A DNA stretch of 64,000 nucleotides from Octopus vulgaris (lineage: Eukaryota): NCBI GenBank assembly GCA_951406725.2, contig OX597816.1:92690001-92754000 (forward strand), written 5' to 3'. The notes beneath the pieces are model-generated. The model did no database searches and was not told the origin of the DNA. It was given only the letters and a program-made list of their open reading frames with translations. A program made the translations under genes and the position numbers. Shown in pieces: positions 1 through 15,015 of the stretch (the stretch's first letter is position 1; the number at the start of each line of letters is the position of its first letter).

Positions 1-70
1 GGTTAAAATCATCAAACGCTATGCTTATTTCGGTAAAATCCGAAGCATTAATTAGAGGAGATTAATTATA

Positions 71-566
<496 letters not shown>

Positions 567-1099
567 TTAAATCCCGTGCAACAGTTCAGCATTTCTAGAG
601 TAAAGGACAAACTGGAAGAACAATTTTGTCGTAAACAATATCTCTGAAGCTAAGCATGCATGAGCTTTTACATATTTTCGACTTAGAACATTTAGAATAT
701 AATTTCATAACACAAAACAAGCATACCCATTATGTGACTACCTCACTGTGTTAATTTCTGGCGCACAGTATAGATACATTATTATATTTTCTCGTGAAAG
801 AAGCTACGGGTGTTTGGTTACTATTTTAATAGAACAAGAACAATAATTCACTTCAACATTCGTGAATTGGTACAAACTACAAACCATTAGGAGTGTATTT
901 TTGTTTGAGCTGGAATGAATATAATTTGAAAGCACGTGTTTGTGTGCGCTTTTCTGCATAAATCTACTACATTCCATAAGTTATATTACCGAATGGTTAT
1001 GTTGCATAAATAGAGTTGTTTATGGCGTATTTATTTATATTGGCATCGTTATTTAAACATAAAACTGAGCTTTCCTTATACGTAATTTTGTCTTAGAAG

Positions 1100-1760
1100 T
1101 TGACAAATTAAATTACATTATGGTGAAATCACATCAATACCAGAATAATAGAAAAACAATTTACGCTAGGCACTCCTACCGTAATATAGTTTGAGGTTCT
1201 TTGTTACATTCATAAGCTCGGTGAATTATTAAACGATGATGAGATTGACCCTAGCAGCATGCACATAACAGAATTTAGGTCTCTAATATGAAGATAGATT
1301 CAGTTTCTCTTACGATGTAGCAATTTTAATATCCTGTAAGTACGATTACTGCTGAGATTCTAAATTAGTAAAGCATTATCAAATCTTGAGAGAAATTGCC
1401 ATCATTATATTTAATTTTGATAAATAGACAACTTTCAGCGAGTTTTGAAGAGAATGTTTCTTTCATAAACTATTCTCTTTAGAATATTCTCTAGTTATGA
1501 GTTCGGTAATTTCAAAACTATAACTAAAAGTGTATCAATTTTCGAAAGTCTAGTGTTCTATATTGTATTCTTCATCCTGCTGCTGGAATAAACTTATATA
1601 ATAGGTAAGAGTTATTAGGAGCATTGATATTACATATACCTCAAAATGTAATTTGATGTAACATTTTACTTAAACAAATTACTTAAACACCAATCTGTAT
1701 ATTACACGAATTCAATTTGTTAATATAACATTCATAGAAAGACAGTATATTTCACAAATG
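1100..1760 (+). pseudogene. Decayed protocadherin fragment (EC1 into EC2)
   Basis: From 1211 HKLGELLNDDEIDPSSMH resembles G.L.T...ID.E.LC; later ITAEILN, LSASFEENVSF and FVNITFIE; multiple stops and frameshifts. Confidence 0.4.
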
Positions 1761-2229
1761 TACAAGAGCGAAGAATCAGATACATTTCGAAATTTGATTT
1801 GTGGCCTCTTGTCTGTGATTTCAACTATCAAAAGAGTACCCATTACCCATTAGTCAATCCTTTACATTTGATCAAATAATTACTACTGTTATACCGTGGA
1901 TTATTCAATTAACTCAACCTTGGTTTTAGTTAAATATAATTAATAGGCTACACTCTGTTTTACTGTTTATGTTACATCAAGTGTTTTGATTGCTTTATTA
2001 ACATATCACGCTGCTTGTTTTCACGCAGACTTTCAATAGTCGTGGGGATAATTGTCCTGCTTATAGGTTCAATAGTCAACAGATTATATTTAGCTGGTAT
2101 CACCAATCGTTTGCTTTGCTCAATGCACCAGATTTTACCATATAAACGCACGAATCTGTTCTGCTGCAAAACCGATAACAACCTTTGAGAGAATTACACA
2201 ATAGTAAAGTGGTGAATTAACTCGTTTCT

Positions 2230-2700
2230 GACATGTTTGGTAATGTACAGTGCACAGACAAAATTATCAGGCAAGAATAATATAATGGTGTCAAACATTG
2301 ACAAAAATATACCATTTGTGACAAAAATATATCAGTTGAACCAGTGTTTACAATCTCAAGAATATTATTCTGGACTGCTGATAGAAACTGAAATAGAGTC
2401 TGATTCTCTGAAACATTGAAGCGAAAGTTTGCGAGGAAAAACAGCTGCAATATCTTTAACCAATGAAATGATATCTTCATCAGGTTGCTTAGATTCTCTA
2501 ATTTAACTATTACTGTTCTATATATCAATAACTATCTCCATATATAACACTGAGTGTTTATTTATCGTTTCATTAAAAGCAATGTATAAACCGGACCAAT
2601 TTAGAAAACTATTGTCAACATCTATAGAAATTCTGTCTATGTTTTTCCCTTTATAAACCACATATATGTAACCTTTTTAAAAGAGTATTGATTTTTTGAC
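2230..2700 (+). pseudogene. Decayed protocadherin EC1 fragment(s)
   Basis: From 2528 ITISIYNTECLFIVSLKAMYKPDQFRKLLSTSIEILS (YNTEC at 2543-2557), then FPFINHIYVTFLKE in a shifted frame. Confidence 0.62.
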
Positions 2701-3057
2701 TGTCTTTGCTACGAGGTAATTTGTTTTTATATTATTTTCTATGTATAGTCTTCTATTTCTAGTTATAATTACTTCCTTTGATGTTGACCGGCATATTTAC
2801 CATATACACGCACTTACATGCATATACGGAAAAGCACACAAACATACAGACAAATGCAGACGCATACAAACACACACGCCCGCGCGCGTACATGCACAGA
2901 TGTAAATGCGTGTGAGGATGTGCGCTTGTTGAATATTCTTGTGCAGTTGTGAGATGGACTACATTCTACACTAATGTACTCAGTGTTTTCAGCACACAAA
3001 ATATTAATTAATTCATCCATTACAGTTTCCTCATTTCTTTTTAACTCTCTGTCCATC

Positions 3058-3111
3058 CATGTATGTATGTATGCATGTATGTATGTATATATATATATAT
3101 ATATATACATA

Positions 3112-3190
<79 letters not shown>

Positions 3191-3305
3191 TCTATCTATC
3201 TACATACATACATATCCTTTCTCTCTCTCTCTCTTTCACTGTACATTTACATATATATATATATATATACACGTACACACACGCACTCACACACATACAT
3301 ATATA
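3058..3305. repeat. Compound (TATG)n/(TA)n/(TC)n/(CA)n microsatellite
   Basis: Direct reading. Confidence 0.97.
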
Positions 3306-4328
3306 CAGGCCGCGGTGTGTAAATTCTCACCATTTTATATTTTTAATTTTGCGCATGTACGTTGTTTGTTTTTAATTCTGTCGACTACACAGTGTTGTAG
3401 GGTCGGTTGGGCAACGTCTGTGAGAAAAGCGGCACCATGACGCAATTCACTCTGCCAGAAATTCGGAAATGACATGTTGTTCTGCTTGGTATTAACGCCG
3501 GAAGCTCCAAAACCATAATTTCAGAGATGTCAGTCTGAGGAAAGTGCAGAGAATTCGGAAAGAGTCGGATGAGTCTAATGTTAATTACGAAGGTACGGCA
3601 GCTCGGAAAACTCACTCTGATCATTCTGATAAGAAAAGAACTCCTGAATTTGTTGTTGAGATCCCTCCAAGCCAATCAGGTCCATCGCCAGCGACATGGA
3701 AGTATTCGAGTTTCTTAATGAGGCAGGAAGTGAATGAAAACATTCAGTATTCCTCATATAAGATGAGAAAAGGATAATTTTTATCCCAGGCTATCAAGGG
3801 CAAGAGGTAAGATCGCACTACGAAGGTTTTGAACAAATTCAAGCATCCCCTCCAACCAATCATATATTGGTTTTTCTTAGATGAGAAAAGTTTCTGCTAG
3901 GATGAGATGGAGAACACACAGAACAACCGTCCCCAAAACAACCGTCCCCAAAACAACATGTCCCCAAAACATGTACCTAAAGCGATAAAAATAAAATATT
4001 CAGTCAACATCATTGAATCTGGAGTGATCACTAGTGACGACGACGTTATGTCTATATTCATCTTCCCACATGGCCCCAGACACAACACGGAAGTCTTCAA
4101 GTGCCTGGTGGAAGTAGTGCTGCCTTGGGTCAAGAGGATTGCTGCTGGAAGACCCTATGTCTGGCAACAGGACTCTGCACCATGCAACACAAGCAGGAGA
4201 AACAATTATGGCTGTCAGTATTTCAAGATATTTTTATGTAATTTTGGTAGATATATTTGTTAAAACGAAATGTCAGTGTTATTTTCATTTTTCTGTAATT
4301 TAGACGACAATATATTCACCGCACCCTG
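3306..4328 (+). mobile_element. Decayed Tc1/mariner-superfamily transposon, maT (DD37D)-like
   Basis: TA-flanked imperfect TIRs CAGGCCGCGGTG / CACCGCACCCTG; transposase remnants WFFLDEKSF and EVVLPWVKRIAAGRPYVWQQDSAPCNTSR. Confidence 0.85.
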
Positions 4329-4368
4329 TACATATACATACCTATATTGAGGTAGATAGATAAAAAAG

Positions 4369-4403
<35 letters not shown>

Positions 4404-4552
4404 GAGGTGATTTCAACGTGATATAATCGTATTTTAAATCAACATGAAACCAATGGTAGCCTGGTTAACATGCAAATAAAAAATACATATCTATCAATGT
4501 GGTGTTGTGCCCTCATTCTCATGTATATTAGCATGTATATATATATATACAT

Positions 4553-4589
<37 letters not shown>

Positions 4590-5168
4590 CATATAGATAG
4601 ATAGAGATATAGATATAGATATAGATATATACATGCACACATACATGCACAAACGCACGCACAAACACACACACATATATATAATATACTATTCTATGAT
4701 AGAAAATTCAACAAGAAGATACTCCATCTGGTGAGAGATAAATATATATATATAAACAGTATTTTCACACTCCTGTAATATTTGAAGACTTGCTAGCTAA
4801 TATTAGTAACAGAGTGTCTATCCTCTCTTCTTCTAAAAGAAGTTTAGAGTAAGCAGAAACCTACTATAACAATTGATATATAATCCCTATAATATTTATC
4901 AGAATAATAATAAGGGAACAAGTGGCATTAAATTTGAAGTAATATATAACCCTTAATAATAATAATAATAAGAAGAAGAAGAAAAGATGAAGAAGACGAA
5001 GAAAAAAAGAAGGAAAAGAAGAAGAGGCCTAAAAATAGGCCAAGGAAAATTATTTGGCTCACCCTCACTTTTCCCTTGATATAAAAAGTAACATAGGTAA
5101 CAGATTCCTGTTTCTCATAGACAAACACTTTGCAGCAACTCACAGGTAAGGGAAAACATTTAAGAAGC

Positions 5169-5361
5169 TGTTATGACAGTAATAATAATGTTAGAACATC
5201 CCTCCTACGTTACGAGTGGTATGTGGTAGTCGTTACAAATACCGAGTCGTAGGACGTCGAGTCGGTAGAGAAGACGGTGAAGTAGGTCATACATAGTCGT
5301 GTCTTTAGTTGTCTGCTATACAGGAGTGGACGTTATAACAGTCCCACGCTGGATTACAACA
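5169..5361. mobile_element. Short solo-LTR-like insertion inside the Penelope element
   Basis: TGTT...AACA termini, GC/CpG-richer than the flanks, flanked by GAAGC/CAAGC (5-bp TSD, 1 mismatch). Confidence 0.5.
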
Positions 5362-6159
5362 CAAGCGTTCTATGAAATTTTCACATAGCTTCTGCCTCAA
5401 AATGAAGAGCATCATAACGCGTGATCAATACCAAAAGCCAAAATCCAATTGTAGCTGTCGCGATCCAGGATCCTGTCTCCTTGACCAACGATGTATGATT
5501 AAATCTATGAGGCAGAAATTAATGCATCTCTAAATGAAAATACAACAGATAAGAAGACCTATGTTGGATTATGTGAAAGAGAATCGCTATGCTAAGCATA
5601 TAGCCTCCTTCTGACATAAGGATAAAAGTAAAGTTGTCTAGCTACGTATGAAGTTTGAAAGATAAAGAAACACCCCATGTGATTAAGTGGAAAATAATTG
5701 AAAAATCCATACCGTATGTTAATGGATCGAATAAATGTAGGCTTTGTTTAGCTGAAAGTGCACTGATCCTGTTCAGACCTAAGATCCTTAACTCTCTACT
5801 GAACTCTAGGTCTCAAATCTTCAGTGGTTGCATGCTTATGTATAAATATATTTTGAAGAATTGGAAAGTTGTGCCTATTCTCGATTAACTTATTGATATC
5901 TTTCCAACATTATAATTTAAGGTCTAAGGAGGACAACTCTTTTGTCTTTTTTTTTACTTATTACTTTTTATATTTTAATTTTTGTGCATTCCTTTTCCGT
6001 TTTTCGTTTTTTAACATTCCGCATTTTCTATCTGGTGCCTTCTCAGTGTTTTCCCATTTCTTCAGCATATGAAACTATTAGAAACACTATATATATATAT
6101 ATATATATTGGCGATTGTTTTCCTCCGTCTTCCCTTCTTTGGATCTTTCCTTTTCCTAT

Positions 6160-6194
6160 GTTTCTGACGAAGAGCTACGCTCGAAACGTTAAAC
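6160..6194 (+). ncRNA. Minimal type I hammerhead ribozyme
   Basis: GTTT-CTGACGA-A-GAGC-TAC-GCTC-GAAAC-GTT-AAAC: stem I GTTT/AAAC, intact core, palindromic AACGTT stem III. Confidence 0.75.
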
Positions 6195-6282
6195 CCTCCT
6201 TCTTTCCTTCTATCCTGAGCGTCCAGTAATACTATACTTGTTCCACGTCCTCGCGTTGTTGTATTTTCATGTTTGGATTAAC

Positions 6283-6562
<280 letters not shown>

Positions 6563-7309
6563 TAGATGCAGACATTCGGTGGTGATATAACAGCTGAATC
6601 TCACTCTCAGCGAGTGCTCTTACGAGTGCTGTTATGCACCATGCGTCAGAAGTAAATAAGGAAGTATTCTTTGTTCTAACACATCCTCCACATTAAGCTG
6701 GAAATATATTGACTATGGACATTAATATTTCCTTAGTAGCAATTAGTTATTTTTTAATAAGCCTGTTGATTCTTTGCGCCATCAGTTCCTGAAAAGGCAC
6801 TGAAATTCTATAAACTGTTGATTGTGTTGTTCGCCTGTTATATCGCTCCCGAATATCTTCTAATGATGAGTTCGAGTAGGGCGAAATCTTACGCACGGTG
6901 CATAAGAATTCTCATGAAAATACTTGTTGATCTGGCAGTTTCAGCGCTCGTAGTAGACGATTATCATCTACCAACGATGAAATACGAGAGGCTTTATGTA
7001 CCATATATTCATATCAGAGGTTCCCTCAAGGTAAATAATGCAGTATTCGGTGTTCAAAGATTACGTCGGTATGAAGTTAGATAAAAAGATTGCCTTTTGA
7101 TGTAGACACACACACACACACATGTATGTATATATATATATGTATATGCATAAACGTACATAATATATATATATATGTATGTATATATATATACATATAT
7201 ATATTTATATATATATATAATCTGGATAGAATGGTTACTTTTCATATAGATGTAGATAGATAGACTTACAGACAAACAGACAGACAGACAGATAGATATA
7301 TATAGAGAG

Positions 7310-7392
<83 letters not shown>

Positions 7393-7629
7393 CTGATTGA
7401 TTGATTGATAGTTGCAAATAGATATAGATGTAGAGATATAGCATGTATAGGTTCATGTTTTGAATGCATGAATAATTGCGAATATATTATACATGTATAC
7501 ACAGACAGGCATGTATGTGCGTGTACATAAGTGCCTGTGTGATTGTTCAATGCGTTAGTAGTGTATTTGTGTGTGCAAGTATGTATGCGTGCAATAGCCA
7601 TTAGACTTTCGGAACGCTGACCACAGAGC

Positions 7630-7830
7630 TTAATATAGCTTTAATAATCAGTACTGCCAAACACAAAATTGATTAGATTTCATCGTTAGCATTCAGTAAT
7701 AGCACTTCATTCGATCGATAGAAAAGTTATATTAAGACTGAATGTGACACAACAACCGTTTTAGGTGCTGATTACATGTTAACATCATTGTAGTAAACAG
7801 AATTTATAGAAGAATTGTGAAATTTCAAAT
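7630..7830 (+). pseudogene. Decayed cadherin-repeat fragment
   Basis: SFDR*KSYIKTECD followed by HVNIIVVN resembles FDRE...Y...C.D...V.I.V.D. Confidence 0.35.
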
Positions 7831-8019
7831 GAATTCGTGTATTCATTCGATTGTTAGATATTTGTCTTCCCTTCTTATGTCCCAGAAATCTATAATGCAG
7901 TAAAAGTATTATAAGCTTTGACAAGAACAATCATGCCGTGAAGTGGAAGGAATGCGAACATTTTCAATTACAGAATGTTTTGCAAAATGTTACACATCAG
8001 TTCTAGAAAAACAAAAATT

Positions 8020-8571
8020 ATGCAGATGACGTTGTTTATAGATGAATTCTATCTTCCTTTTCATCGCTATTCTGTTATTCTTCTCTATTTTAGAATTTTA
8101 CTAGATATAACATTTGAAATGAAGATTGGTCAGACATCGATATTTCTGGGTTATATTCATTTATTGGTGAGGAATGTTCTAAAAGAAGCTATAAAAATGC
8201 AAGTATAAGTAAATACAAAATAAAGCAAATAAGGTGAATATGGAAAAGCCATGGAAAAACATTAGAAAATATGTCAAAGACGTAAAGAGAGGAAAAGGGA
8301 AAATTAAACCAAGAAAGAAATGTAAATTTCTTTTATCTTTATACTGAAACCTTCGTATTGAAAATATACAAGAAACAATAATTCAACAATTCTCCTGCCA
8401 GCTACATTAAAAGCATTTTCATTGCAACTCCTTCCAGAAATATTCTTCGAATTGTGTTAACACTATTTTCAATCCCTCAAATTTAACTCTGGATTCACAA
8501 GAAACAATCTTGGTTCTTTGAATGATTTCAGAAATACTGGAACCATATGAAGCAAACATGAAATAGTAATA

Positions 8572-8653
<82 letters not shown>

Positions 8654-9660
8654 GCCCTTTCTATTATAGGTACAAGACCTGAAATTTTGAGGGAGGGGGA
8701 AAGTCGATTACATCGACTCCAGTGTTGAACTAGTAATTATGTTATCGACCCTGAAAGGATGAAAGCCAAAGTCGACCTCGATGGCATTTGATATCAGAAT
8801 ATTTTGTGCTTGTTTTATTTCGATTTGCTCGTATATAAGGTATGTTCAGTAAATCTACTGAAACGTTGGGACACAACTGAAGAGTACTCCGTGTAATGAT
8901 GTAAGTGAATAATACTGGAGTACTTATTGCTTTACACTACCTGGAAAAGGTTTGGGATAACCGATAAAAAATGTTATATCCACAAACCCTTCAACTACCC
9001 TAGTTAATCTGTGAAATCATTCTACATGTGTGGATTTAAGTGCAGCTGTTACAATGTAAATTCTTTACCTTAGAGAGGAAAGCTGAAGTTTTGTAGTTAA
9101 TCGGGCAACTTCAAATTTCTATAAAATTCGGAAGAAATTCTGAACTAGGTTATTTAATAAGAAAAAGAAACAAATACATTGGTTTGCCAAACCAAATGCC
9201 GAGAGACAGCAATTAATTTCTTCTGTTCTCATTCCGAATTCAAATCTTGTTTTGGTCGAGTATTATCAATATCTAAGTAAAGTTTCACAGTAATTGTAGA
9301 ATAAGACAAAAGATCTTCTTGGGTGAATATTGCGACATAGTTTTGTTTCTGGCTGCTACAGAATAGCATCTTAGATGCTGTTGGTAAAATAAGGACAATA
9401 TAATTCCCTTATTTTCATTTCCTCAATTACATATAACAAGAAACCAATAATTAACATTAAAGTAGTACAGTTCTGTCCATATGGAAATAAGCAGAAACAG
9501 GGAATTCCATTCCGCGAAATGTTACAATGAAACATTGAACATCAAATTACTTTTGTGCTTAGAGCGAAAATATTAGATATACTTCCTTTATTGCCTTGAT
9601 CACACACGGGAATTCGGGTGATTAAGGTCGAGGTAGACTTCAAACTTTTCCCCTGAAGAA
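8020..9660 (+). pseudogene. Decayed protocadherin (signal peptide and EC1-EC3 remnants), interrupted by a SINE at about 8564-8800
   Basis: ORF 7975-8208 ILLYFRILLDITFEMKIGQTSIFLGYI resembles signal + VDITYHV.EG...TYIGDI; later GITDKKCYIHKPF and NKKPIINIKVV resemble VTD.NDN.P.F and NNPPIIDVNFV. Confidence 0.58.
8564..8800 (-). mobile_element. SINE 3' portion with long (TTA)n tail
   Basis: Reverse of GAGGTCGACTTTGGCTTTCATCCTTTCAGGGTCGATAA, the same central domain as the 49290 SINE; (TAA)n at 8564-8653. Confidence 0.8.
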
Positions 9661-10529
9661 TCACATTATGATCGTCAGATGAAAAGTAAGACAAGCATGC
9701 ATGAATAAGCATACATAGACATACATATATAAACAGATAGAATCACATATAGGCGCGTCACATGTAGATATTTCAAATTTATTTTGTAAACTTTCTGGGA
9801 GAACAAAGCATTCTTTTTCATTCCCAACCATGAAAATAATCTGATTGTTATAACATTTTGTGATTAATCCAAGTAAAATAAACAACAGTGTTACATATCT
9901 CTACCAAGTTGGATTGTTAAAGACCCATATAATTACACGTCTATTAAAATATAATTGAAAAACCACACTTATAGTTTATAAAGTAGCTTTGTTTGAATTT
10001 CGGATGTACTTTTACCTGAAGATTTGTCTCCAGCAGTACGCTCACGGCAACGTGACCCCACAAAGGGAAAATACAGAGATTGAAGACAGAAGCCCCAGCT
10101 TGGAAGGTGTTCAAATGATGAGAGTAACAGACAGAGAGACAGAGAGAGGGAGACAGACAGACAGACAGACAGAGCTAGAAGAGAGAGAAAGAGAGAAAAC
10201 AAGAGAGAGAGAGAGAGAGATGACTAGCAAAATAGAAACATTGAAGGAAGAGTTCATTGAATACAACAGGCCCAGTGCAATCTCTTATAACTAGTTGTCG
10301 TGACAGGCAAAAATCTAGACTGAAATTGATTATGGTATGCGGACTAAATATAAGTGGATTCCGTATCATCCGTCATTTTACGAACTGTATGAGTAATAAG
10401 GTAAGAAAAAGATGAATGGCAAAGACATAGATAAACGAGAAATAAGGAGACAATACGATGTTAAAGGAAGGGATCTTGACTGACTGTCCCCTACCTCTTT
10501 CCCTCTCTCTCTCTCTCTCTCTCTCTCTC

Positions 10530-10609
<80 letters not shown>

Positions 10610-10610
10610 G

Positions 10611-10647
<37 letters not shown>

Positions 10648-10959
10648 TGATATAAAAACATTTCACTCTCTCCCATTCTCTCTCTCTCTCTCCCTCCTTC
10701 AGTCATATCATTATCACTATTTGTTTGCACCATTCAATTCGCCATACTTCCAAGAATGAGCGGGTCTTTTTCGTGGTCGGGTTTTTTGCTGAACAGCATA
10801 TCGCCTTTTTAGCAAAATATAAGCGTATAAGATAAGAATTCTTTCTCTAAGCCATGGTTTTATAAATTCATATGTATATGTTAATATTATGTCCGGTGAG
10901 GAGTAAAGTTAACCTGTACTTATGAACTAATACTACGACATTTGATCACTTCACTTATA

Positions 10960-11830
10960 TAATACATATGTTTTACATTAAAAGATTACGCTGGAATCTT
11001 TCTGTAGTTTTATATATCTAATAGCATCGCGGTAAGTCACAGGATAAATAAAAATTAGTTTTTTCCGTCAAACCATCTTTATCGAATAAAATCCTTGACG
11101 AATTTGCACACAGACATATACAAACAGTTGTTTTGAAAATATGTATTACAGCTGCATTTCTTAACACTACCAAACAGTCATATATTAAGTTAATTACTAC
11201 AATATTACGATAATATACTGGAATATAACAAATACAAAAACAAGCGAATATAACATTTTTCTTTACTGTCATTCACTAGTTATCAACTCTTTTCCCGTTT
11301 TGTTATATGTTCATATATGTTAGGTAGGATATTACTATATATGACTACTGATATCTTCGGCATGCAGTCACAAACCGCAAGGAAGTGAAGTTGAGTAATA
11401 ATTATGCCTTTCTTAGTAGCACTGATGCTGAAACTGGCTTGCAGAATCAGTATGTGTTGAGTTCAATAAATTTTGTGGTGTTGTTTTGATTTCACCATTT
11501 ATATAGAAATTCAGCAGGTCATTTTAATAAACTGTAATGAAATGTAACATTAAATATATTTTTAAATGACTGAGAAAATGCAATATTATTGTTAAATTTA
11601 ACCTTACTATATTTAACATAAGAGCATCACAGCGCTTCATTCCAAATAGCATCAGAAACTTGTCACAATTAATAGAGGTAATTTCGTACATGTATTCTAT
11701 AAAAATATGTAGCAGTTTCCTCAAAATAATTTTAAGATAATTATGAAAATATGTATTTTAAAACTTTCGCGAACGTTAGTTGCCTTTCGAAAATAAGTGT
11801 ATCAATATCACAGATGTTTCGACATATTTT
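10960..11830 (+). pseudogene. Decayed protocadherin fragment (EC1-EC2)
   Basis: 11102 ICTQTYTNSCFENM; 11145 ITAAFLNTTKQSYIKLITTIL; 11235 QKQANITFF, colinear with LC.YNTECF / SFIKIL / KQVNI.F. Confidence 0.65.
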
Positions 11831-12029
11831 TCTGTGTGTCTCACTGCATTTGACAGATGCTTCTAACTATATTATACGTGTTAGTATTTGGCTCTTATTT
11901 ACTTATAAATGTCCTACCCACTCTCATTGAATACTATCTTTATTTAACAATATTCTTATTAAAATTCCTTTTAAAATTACTTCATTCTGTTAACTTAAAG
12001 GAAACGAAAATCTAATTTAATTTCTATTT

Positions 12030-13100
12030 TGGTTTATATTTTGTTCCTCTGTGTTCATTGTTTAAGGAATAAGAGTCTTAAAAGCAACAATGTAAAGAAA
12101 GGAACAGCTATTTTGTTGTTTTCAAAATCATGTCCACATGCAGTTTAGATTAGGTTACAGGAGTTCAAAGGTTATATATCATCAGGACACTTTTGCTGTC
12201 AGTATATCTTCATAAAGGCAAAAATTGGACTCTAGATATTCGGAGTGCTTTAATATCTGTCCGTATCGTATAACTAAACGAAAACTGCAAATCAAAAATG
12301 ACAAGTGAAGTTAGAATAACCGACATAGTATAGTAATCCAAAAGTGTCATTAAGTCAAATCTAATGCATTCTTGAAGATTTCAATAGACTTATTACTTGG
12401 TGTAGACATAAGAGTCAACATTAATGGGAAAGTATTCTTGTCGGTAAAATGAATATTCCAACGAATATTGTTTAAACTAATAGCCATTCAGGACAGCGTT
12501 CCCCTTATATCTTTGTCTTTTTTGGCTTTCAAGATATTTTAAAAGAATTTATGATTTTAAACATTAAATATAACGTTATTGATATCATACTAAGTTCTAT
12601 TATCTGACGTGTTCAATTGTTCTCCAAGAGAATTAAGTCGACATCAAGTTGAAGGTGATATTTGTCAAGGGAATTGAATAGATGTCAAGGTGATGGTTAT
12701 GAATTTCAGAAACAAATAAGATAACGCCAAGCAAATTGAAATGGCATACACATCCCTTGATGTCTATTTTTCTACTGTGTGATTGTAGTTTTCCTCTCTT
12801 TTTTAAGAATTGAAGAAACAAGAAATTTCATATATTCTATGCCGTTATTCCCAGAAGAGAATAACGGAAAACGTCAGGCGATACCGAGAAATTTATTCTT
12901 CAAACTATTCAAGTTTTCTATCACAAACTTTGCAGATTCTTGAACATTAAATTAGTGATGTTCTCATCACTATTTCGGCAAATACGATCAATTCAGAGCT
13001 TTACCGATGATATGTTAATAGGAATAAGATATTTTCTTATTTCATTTCTTCATTTGTTGAAATATTTAAAATGAATTAATCCATGAAAAAAATATTTTTT
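12030..13100 (+). pseudogene. Decayed protocadherin (EC1-EC3)
   Basis: NICPY (12252), ILEDFN (12368), RELNRCQGDGYEFQ (12668), then DNAKQIEMAYTSLDVY resembles LDRE..D.Y.LQ..A.DGG.P....L.V; DCSFPLF; ELYR*YV. Confidence 0.68.
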
Positions 13101-13449
13101 TCTCTTTATCGCATAAGTATTTTAGTAGATCACTTTTTAATAGTCGCTGCTCTGAATATGTAAATACTAAATTAACTATCATTTTTCACTGTGATGATGT
13201 CTTAGAGGAGGATTTGTCTACAAAATATAGGTACTGTACATCCTTTTATTTAGATGGTAAATTATCTACAAGAAGAGAACAACGCGGAGATATGCTGTAA
13301 ATCACGTGATTAAAACAACTACATCTGTGTTAGGAACAATAGATGCATACATGCGCGCACACACACACATGCACACACATTCTCACACACGCACACACAC
13401 TCACATACATACAAACGCATACACACATGCAAGCACACACGCACATATA

Positions 13450-13491
<42 letters not shown>

Positions 13492-13532
13492 CACACATAT
13501 GTATGTATGTATTTATACACACACACGCAGAT

Positions 13533-13571
<39 letters not shown>

Positions 13572-13654
13572 AATATGTGTGTATGGATACATTTGTGCGT
13601 GTATAGATATGCATAGATACACTGCAATGCAGTGTGTATTGCCACCATCATTAA

Positions 13655-14490
13655 GGGATTTCATAAACTGGATACACTGATTTGTACTAAGAACTCATTA
13701 GTATTCTGGATAATGTTTGTAGGATAGGTTGGGTTATGGTTGTGGTCTAACGTATGGGGTTCAATGTTGGAGCTGTGTGCATGTTGGGTGCTCGTGTATT
13801 CAGAGTTGTTATTGTGTGAGTTTTGATAGTAGAGGGAAAGCTTTTGTTTATTAGAAGCTACGATGATAGACTCAATGTTGGGCGGAGTGGAATAGGATGG
13901 CTTCAGAGTAGATCTATTAAAGATAGAGCAGTATTTATCTTGACGAGGGAAATTGGAGTTCAGTATATTAAAGAAAGATTTAGCTAAGTTTTTAACGTTT
14001 AGTGAGAAGTGGGTGTATATCATATGATAGAGCGTCCACCACTTTTTTGGGTACTTAGGGGTAGTGCTATCTATATTTTTGGAAAATGGAGATGGGTAGC
14101 ATGGCCCGTTGTTGTTAGTTGTTTTAGCCGTTTTAGCTTTTGACCTAGGGTTATATGTGTGCGTGTGGAGACTTAATACGGGTTTTCACGGGGTTGTACC
14201 ATAATGTATGTGTGGTCTGCTGTGATTCCGACGGTGTGTCGTTGCGATTTGATTTGAGATATACGTTGCCTGAGCCTAGTATTGGGGATGTATTTTATTT
14301 GTTGAGAGAAGCTTCTGGCACCGCGCGGCTGGTTGTAATATGGAGCGTGGTTATTGAAGATGCCTCAGTGGAAGAGAGGTTTGATATACGGCTCGAGATA
14401 CTCTTTGATAATGTTATCAAAGGTGGATTTGTGGTGATTGGAATGAATGTTTAAGTATTTAAGGTATTGGTTAGGGTTGTGATAAGGGGT
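13655..14490 (-). mobile_element. Penelope-like element body fragment (RT C-terminus and linker)
   Basis: YTPYHNPNQYLKYLNIHSNHHKSTFDNIIK and FSLNVKNLAKSFFNILNSNFP...IFNRSTLKPSYSTPPNIESII. Confidence 0.85.
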
Positions 14491-14678
14491 GTATATATAT
14501 ATATATATATAATTGTTGTATACTGTCAATCTAACACGAACGTGACAGTAGGGGGCTACACCACCGCTGTATAGCCCTAGGAAGCATCGACGCCTCCTGA
14601 TGGCTTTGACACATTTTTCCTGTGTTCTTATATACATTTACGAAGGGGAGACAAACACCCCCGGCCGCCGGAGCTGCA

Positions 14679-14723
14679 TCTAGGGACACGTGTTTCAGGA
14701 TCATTGTCCTTCATCGGCCTAGA
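14679..14723 (-). ncRNA. Minimal hammerhead ribozyme (U4C core variant)
   Basis: Minus strand TCTAGG-CCGATGA-AGGA-CAATGA-TCCT-GAAA-CACGTG-TC-CCTAGA. Confidence 0.8.
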
Positions 14724-14970
14724 GTAGCAGACACCGGTCAGCTGGCGATATTTGTCTCGACTTCGTATTGTATATATCTATAATTCAGTGAAGTCTATTC
14801 ATTGATTATCAAAATAAGAAATACTAAATTTCTTATTTTGATAATCTCGTAGAGAGATTTAGAAATTTAGTATTTCTTATTTTGATAATCAGTGAATAGA
14901 CTTCACTGAATTATAGATATATACAATACGAAGTCGAGACAAATATCGCCAGCTGACTGGTGTCTGCTAC

Positions 14971-15015
14971 TCTAGGCCGATGAAGGACAATGATCCTGAA
15001 ATACGTGTCCCTAGA
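14971..15015 (+). ncRNA. Minimal hammerhead ribozyme (U4C core variant)
   Basis: TCTAGG-CCGATGA-AGGA-CAATGA-TCCT-GAAA-TACGTG-TC-CCTAGA; predicted cut after C15009. Confidence 0.78.

Larger units (their letters stand above)
4760..6280 (+). mobile_element. Penelope-like element (Neptune-type), 3' part with GIY-YIG endonuclease remnant and terminal repeat
   Basis: Linker NCSCRDPGSCLLDQRC (about 5447), KTYVGLCE, and ORF 5655-5888 WKIIEKSIPYVNGSNKCRLCLAE...LLNSRSQIFSGC; hammerhead in the 3' repeat. Confidence 0.85.

Noticed and set aside
6855-6910. ATGATGA-GTTC-GAGTA-GGGC-GAAA hammerhead-like motif
   Set aside because: Core C3 mutated and stems I/III not convincing
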